Origin: Eubacteriales bacterium
GTDB taxonomy: Bacteria; Bacillota; Clostridia; Oscillospirales; CAG-272
NCBI GenBank assembly: GCA_045644865.1
Contig: JAZRHS010000004.1
Location: 1-48,278, forward strand
Reading direction: 5' to 3'
Length of the DNA: 48,278 nucleotides
Each line of letters opens with the position of its first letter. Positions within the stretch are counted from its first letter, which is position 1. Shown one piece after another: positions 45,737 to 48,278 of this stretch. Made by a program: the position numbers and the translations under genes. The notes under the pieces were generated by a model, which saw nothing but the letters and a program-made list of their open reading frames with translations, ran no database searches and was not told the DNA's origin.

Positions 45737-46855
45737 ATGAGAGTAATAATGACCTGCGGCGGAACAGGTGGACATATCAACCCTGCTATCGCCATTGCAA
45801 ATACAATAAAAGAATATTTTCCCGAGGCTGAGATTCTCTTTGTGGGAACAAAAAAAGGGCAGGAGGGAAAGCTTGTTCCTCGTGAAGGGTATGAGATTCG
45901 CTTCGTTAAGTCCGAGGGTATCAGACGCTCTCTTTCCCCTGCCAACATAAAAGCAATAATTATGTCCCAGATTTCGCCCTTCTTTGGAATGAAGATAATA
46001 AGGGAGTTTCGCCCCGACATTGTTATCGGTACAGGCGGATATGCCTGCTGGCCTATGCTTAAGGCTGCCTCTATGATGAAAATTCCTTCTGTGGTTCACG
46101 AATCCAATGCTATACCGGGAATGGCGGTCAAGATGCTTCAGGGGCGGGTTGACAAAATACTGGTCAACTTTGCAAGAACTGCAGATTTTCTTAAGAAAAA
46201 GGAAAAGGTCGTGCAGGTTGGCAACCCCTTAAGAACTGCTTTTGAAAATATGGATAGGGCTTCCGTCAGAAAAAAGATGGGGCTTTCCGAAAAGGATATT
46301 TTTGTGCTTTCCTATGGCGGAAGCGGGGGAGCGGAATATCTGAACGAAACCGTGGTAGAGCTTATGGCAAAGCACCTTGGAGAAAGAAAGGATATAAAGC
46401 TTCTTCACGCCACAGGCTCAAGAAATTATGCCGAGAGCCTTGAACGCTTTAATTCGCTTGGAGCGGATAGGGCGGAGAATGCTCAGCTTGCCGAGTACAT
46501 TTATGATATGCACGAAAAAATGTGCGCTGCCGATATAGTGGTTTGCCGCGCGGGGGCTATGACAGTTTCCGAGCTTTCTATGATGGGCAAGGCGGCGATA
46601 ATGATACCCTCGCCCAATGTGGTTGACAATCATCAGTATAAGAATGCCAAGGTTCTTGCCGATGCGGACGCCGCGGTGCTTATTGAAGAAAAGAATGTAA
46701 ACGCGGACACCCTCTGGGCAGAGATAAAGAGTCTTGCGGACGATAAGGACCGAAGAAGGGCTCTTGAAGGGAACATAAAGCAGTTTGCACGCCCCGACGC
46801 CAATAAGATAATTTTAGAGGAAATTATTCTACTGACCGGAGCGGAAAAGAGATAA
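45737..46855 (+). CDS. murG: UDP-N-acetylglucosamine--N-acetylmuramyl-(pentapeptide) pyrophosphoryl-undecaprenol GlcNAc transferase
   Basis: 372 aa, MRVIMTCGGTGGHINPAIAIA N-terminus, GT28 fold. Confidence 0.95.
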   Translation: MRVIMTCGGTGGHINPAIAIANTIKEYFPEAEILFVGTKKGQEGKLVPREGYEIRFVKSEGIRRSLSPANIKAIIMSQISPFFGMKIIREFRPDIVIGTGGYACWPMLKAASMMKIPSVVHESNAIPGMAVKMLQGRVDKILVNFARTADFLKKKEKVVQVGNPLRTAFENMDRASVRKKMGLSEKDIFVLSYGGSGGAEYLNETVVELMAKHLGERKDIKLLHATGSRNYAESLERFNSLGADRAENAQLAEYIYDMHEKMCAADIVVCRAGAMTVSELSMMGKAAIMIPSPNVVDNHQYKNAKVLADADAAVLIEEKNVNADTLWAEIKSLADDKDRRRALEGNIKQFARPDANKIILEEIILLTGAEKR

Positions 46856-46871
46856 AGTAGTTGTGTTTATA

Positions 46872-46910
46872 AGCAAAATCCCGTCAAAAGGCGGGATTTT
46901 GCTTTTTTTT
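46872..46910 (+). terminator. Strong intrinsic terminator after murG
   Basis: AGCAAAATCCCG ... CGGGATTTTGCT, a 12-bp stem followed by T7-8. Confidence 0.9.
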
Positions 46911-47047
46911 GAAAAAAAGATGAAAATTTCTGATAAAATTTTCAAAAAACTATTGCAAAATTCCGAAAAATATATTATTATATTATATATAGTGGTATAA
47001 GTATAATTTTAATAGCAAATGTAGAATAAATCAGGGAGGAAGTTTAT

Positions 47048-48278
47048 ATGAACTTTGAATTTGACAACAGCTTTACCAGCGGAGTTAATATTAAGGTCAT
47101 AGGTGTCGGCGGCGGCGGAAACAATGCCGTTGAGAGAATGATTGCGTCCAAGATACAGGGAGTAGAATTTATCGCGGTGAACACCGATGTTCAGGTTCTT
47201 AACCAGTCGTCTGCCGCTCATCAGATAGCAATAGGCGAAAAGATTACAAAGGGCTTTGGAGCAGGCGCAAATCCCAGCATTGGCGAGCGCGCAGCCGAGG
47301 AGTCTATTGAGGAGATAAAGGAAATGCTTGCAGGCGCTGATATGGCGTTTATTACCGCAGGTATGGGCGGCGGAACAGGAACGGGTGCTGCTCCCGTTGT
47401 TGCCCGTGTTTCCAAGGATATGGGAATACTTACTGTAGCAATCGTAACCAAGCCCTTCGGCTTTGAGGGTAAGAGAAGAATGGCACAGGCAGATAAGGGT
47501 ATTGAGGAGCTTCGCAAGCATGTTGATGCTATCGTGGTTATCCCCAACGAGCGCCTTAAGCAGGTATCCGATACCCGTATAACTCTCGCTAACGCGTTTG
47601 AGATTGCTGACGATGTTCTTCGCCGCGGTGTTCAGAGTATATCCGAGCTTATCAACGGTACTGCATACATAAACCTTGACTTTGCCGATGTAACCTCTGT
47701 TATGAACGATGCGGGCTACGCTCATATGGGTGTGGGCTCTGCAAAGGGTAAGGATAAGGCAGAGAATGCGGCTCGTATGGCTATTTCCAGCCCGTTGCTT
47801 GAGACCTCTATCAACGGCGCTACAGGTATCCTTATCAATATTACCGCATCTCCCGACATTCAGCTTGAAGATATAGATCTTGCGTCCACTATGGTTTCTG
47901 CCGAGGCTAATGACGAGGCAAACGTAATCTGGGGTGTGGCGTTTGATCCTAACCTTGACGATGAGATGAAGATAACGATTATTGCTACAGGCTTCGCAAA
48001 AGCAGAGGCAACACCTGCTTACGAGCCTCAGCCCGTATACCGTCCCGTAGCTCCCGTAAAACCTGCGGCACCTGTTTATCAGACCGCTCCCGTTTATCAG
48101 CAGGCGGCTCCGGCACCGGTTTATACACAGGCACCCGTTCAGCCCGTTAGCGCTCCTAAGTATGAGGCTCCCGTAATTATTCCCGAGCCCGAGCCTATCG
48201 CTGTGGAGGAGATTCCCGAAGTGATCGAAGCAGTCGTGGAAGAAGAGGTTGTTGAGGCGGTTGAAGAGATTGCGGAGG
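47048..48278 (+). CDS. ftsZ: Cell division GTPase FtsZ (3' end lies outside the window)
   Basis: My own translation from the ATG at 47048 (behind GGGAGGA): MNFEFDNSFTSGVNIKVIGVGGGGNNAVERM...GGGTGTGAAPVVA...NLDFADV... The frame stays open to the window edge, so it is absent from the ORF track. Confidence 0.97.
   Translation, partial: MNFEFDNSFTSGVNIKVIGVGGGGNNAVERMIASKIQGVEFIAVNTDVQVLNQSSAAHQIAIGEKITKGFGAGANPSIGERAAEESIEEIKEMLAGADMAFITAGMGGGTGTGAAPVVARVSKDMGILTVAIVTKPFGFEGKRRMAQADKGIEELRKHVDAIVVIPNERLKQVSDTRITLANAFEIADDVLRRGVQSISELINGTAYINLDFADVTSVMNDAGYAHMGVGSAKGKDKAENAARMAISSPLLETSINGATGILINITASPDIQLEDIDLASTMVSAEANDEANVIWGVAFDPNLDDEMKITIIATGFAKAEATPAYEPQPVYRPVAPVKPAAPVYQTAPVYQQAAPAPVYTQAPVQPVSAPKYEAPVIIPEPEPIAVEEIPEVIEAVVEEEVVEAVEEIAE

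Noticed and set aside
1-48278. Mobile elements, prophage, a defence island, rRNA or tRNA genes.
   Set aside because: No transposase, integrase or recombinase ORFs are present. I saw no terminal inverted repeats and no tRNA-like cloverleaf sequences in any intergenic region over 70 nt. Gene content is housekeeping and operon structure is intact.

Overview
This is a 48.3-kb stretch of ordinary core chromosome from a spore-forming Firmicute. It is probably a member of the Clostridia and looks Oscillospiraceae/Ruminococcaceae-like, but the taxon is inference from protein sequences and gene content.

Gene order, left to right:
- Tail of the ribosomal alpha operon (rpsM-rpsK-rpsD-rpoA-rplQ).
- A P-type Ca2+-ATPase.
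- A minus-strand ytvI-cysK-small ORF unit.
- A complete histidine operon led by a YerC/TrpR-like gene (yerC-like, hisZ-G-D-C-B-H-A-F-IE, PHP histidinol phosphatase).
- An ACT/UPF0210 gene pair.
- rimO-pgsA on the minus strand.
- A membrane protein, a metallophosphoesterase, rlmD and a ROK glucokinase.
- A small accessory-looking patch at 24.4-27.0 kb: a strongly signalled 53-aa peptide gene, an orphan E2/CAT-fold acyltransferase whose catalytic His position reads Glu, and a CBM9-like surface protein.
- An orphan GerA-family protein.
- mecA-udg-AEC transporter on the minus strand.
- An XPD/DinG-like helicase, an aminotransferase and a TIGR01212 radical SAM protein.
- The dcw cluster: mraZ-rsmH-(non-canonical gene in the ftsL slot)-class B PBP-murE-murF-mraY-ftsW/spoVE-murG.
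- After a terminator, ftsZ. It runs off the 3' end and is therefore missing from the supplied ORF track.

Many track ORFs carry spurious N-terminal extensions. I re-set those starts to the ATG or TTG that sits behind a Shine-Dalgarno sequence.

I saw no rRNA, tRNA, CRISPR array, transposase, integrase or prophage signal. I do not see a convincing novel multi-gene system or any defence-island hallmarks.

The least explained items are:
- the peptide plus acyltransferase patch;
- the atypical ftsL-slot protein and the long branched hairpin before the PBP gene;
- short-repeat arrays in the mraZ leader and upstream of the aminotransferase gene;
- the extra N-terminal domain of the helicase.

All promoter, terminator and operator calls come from reading the sequence by eye and are untested.
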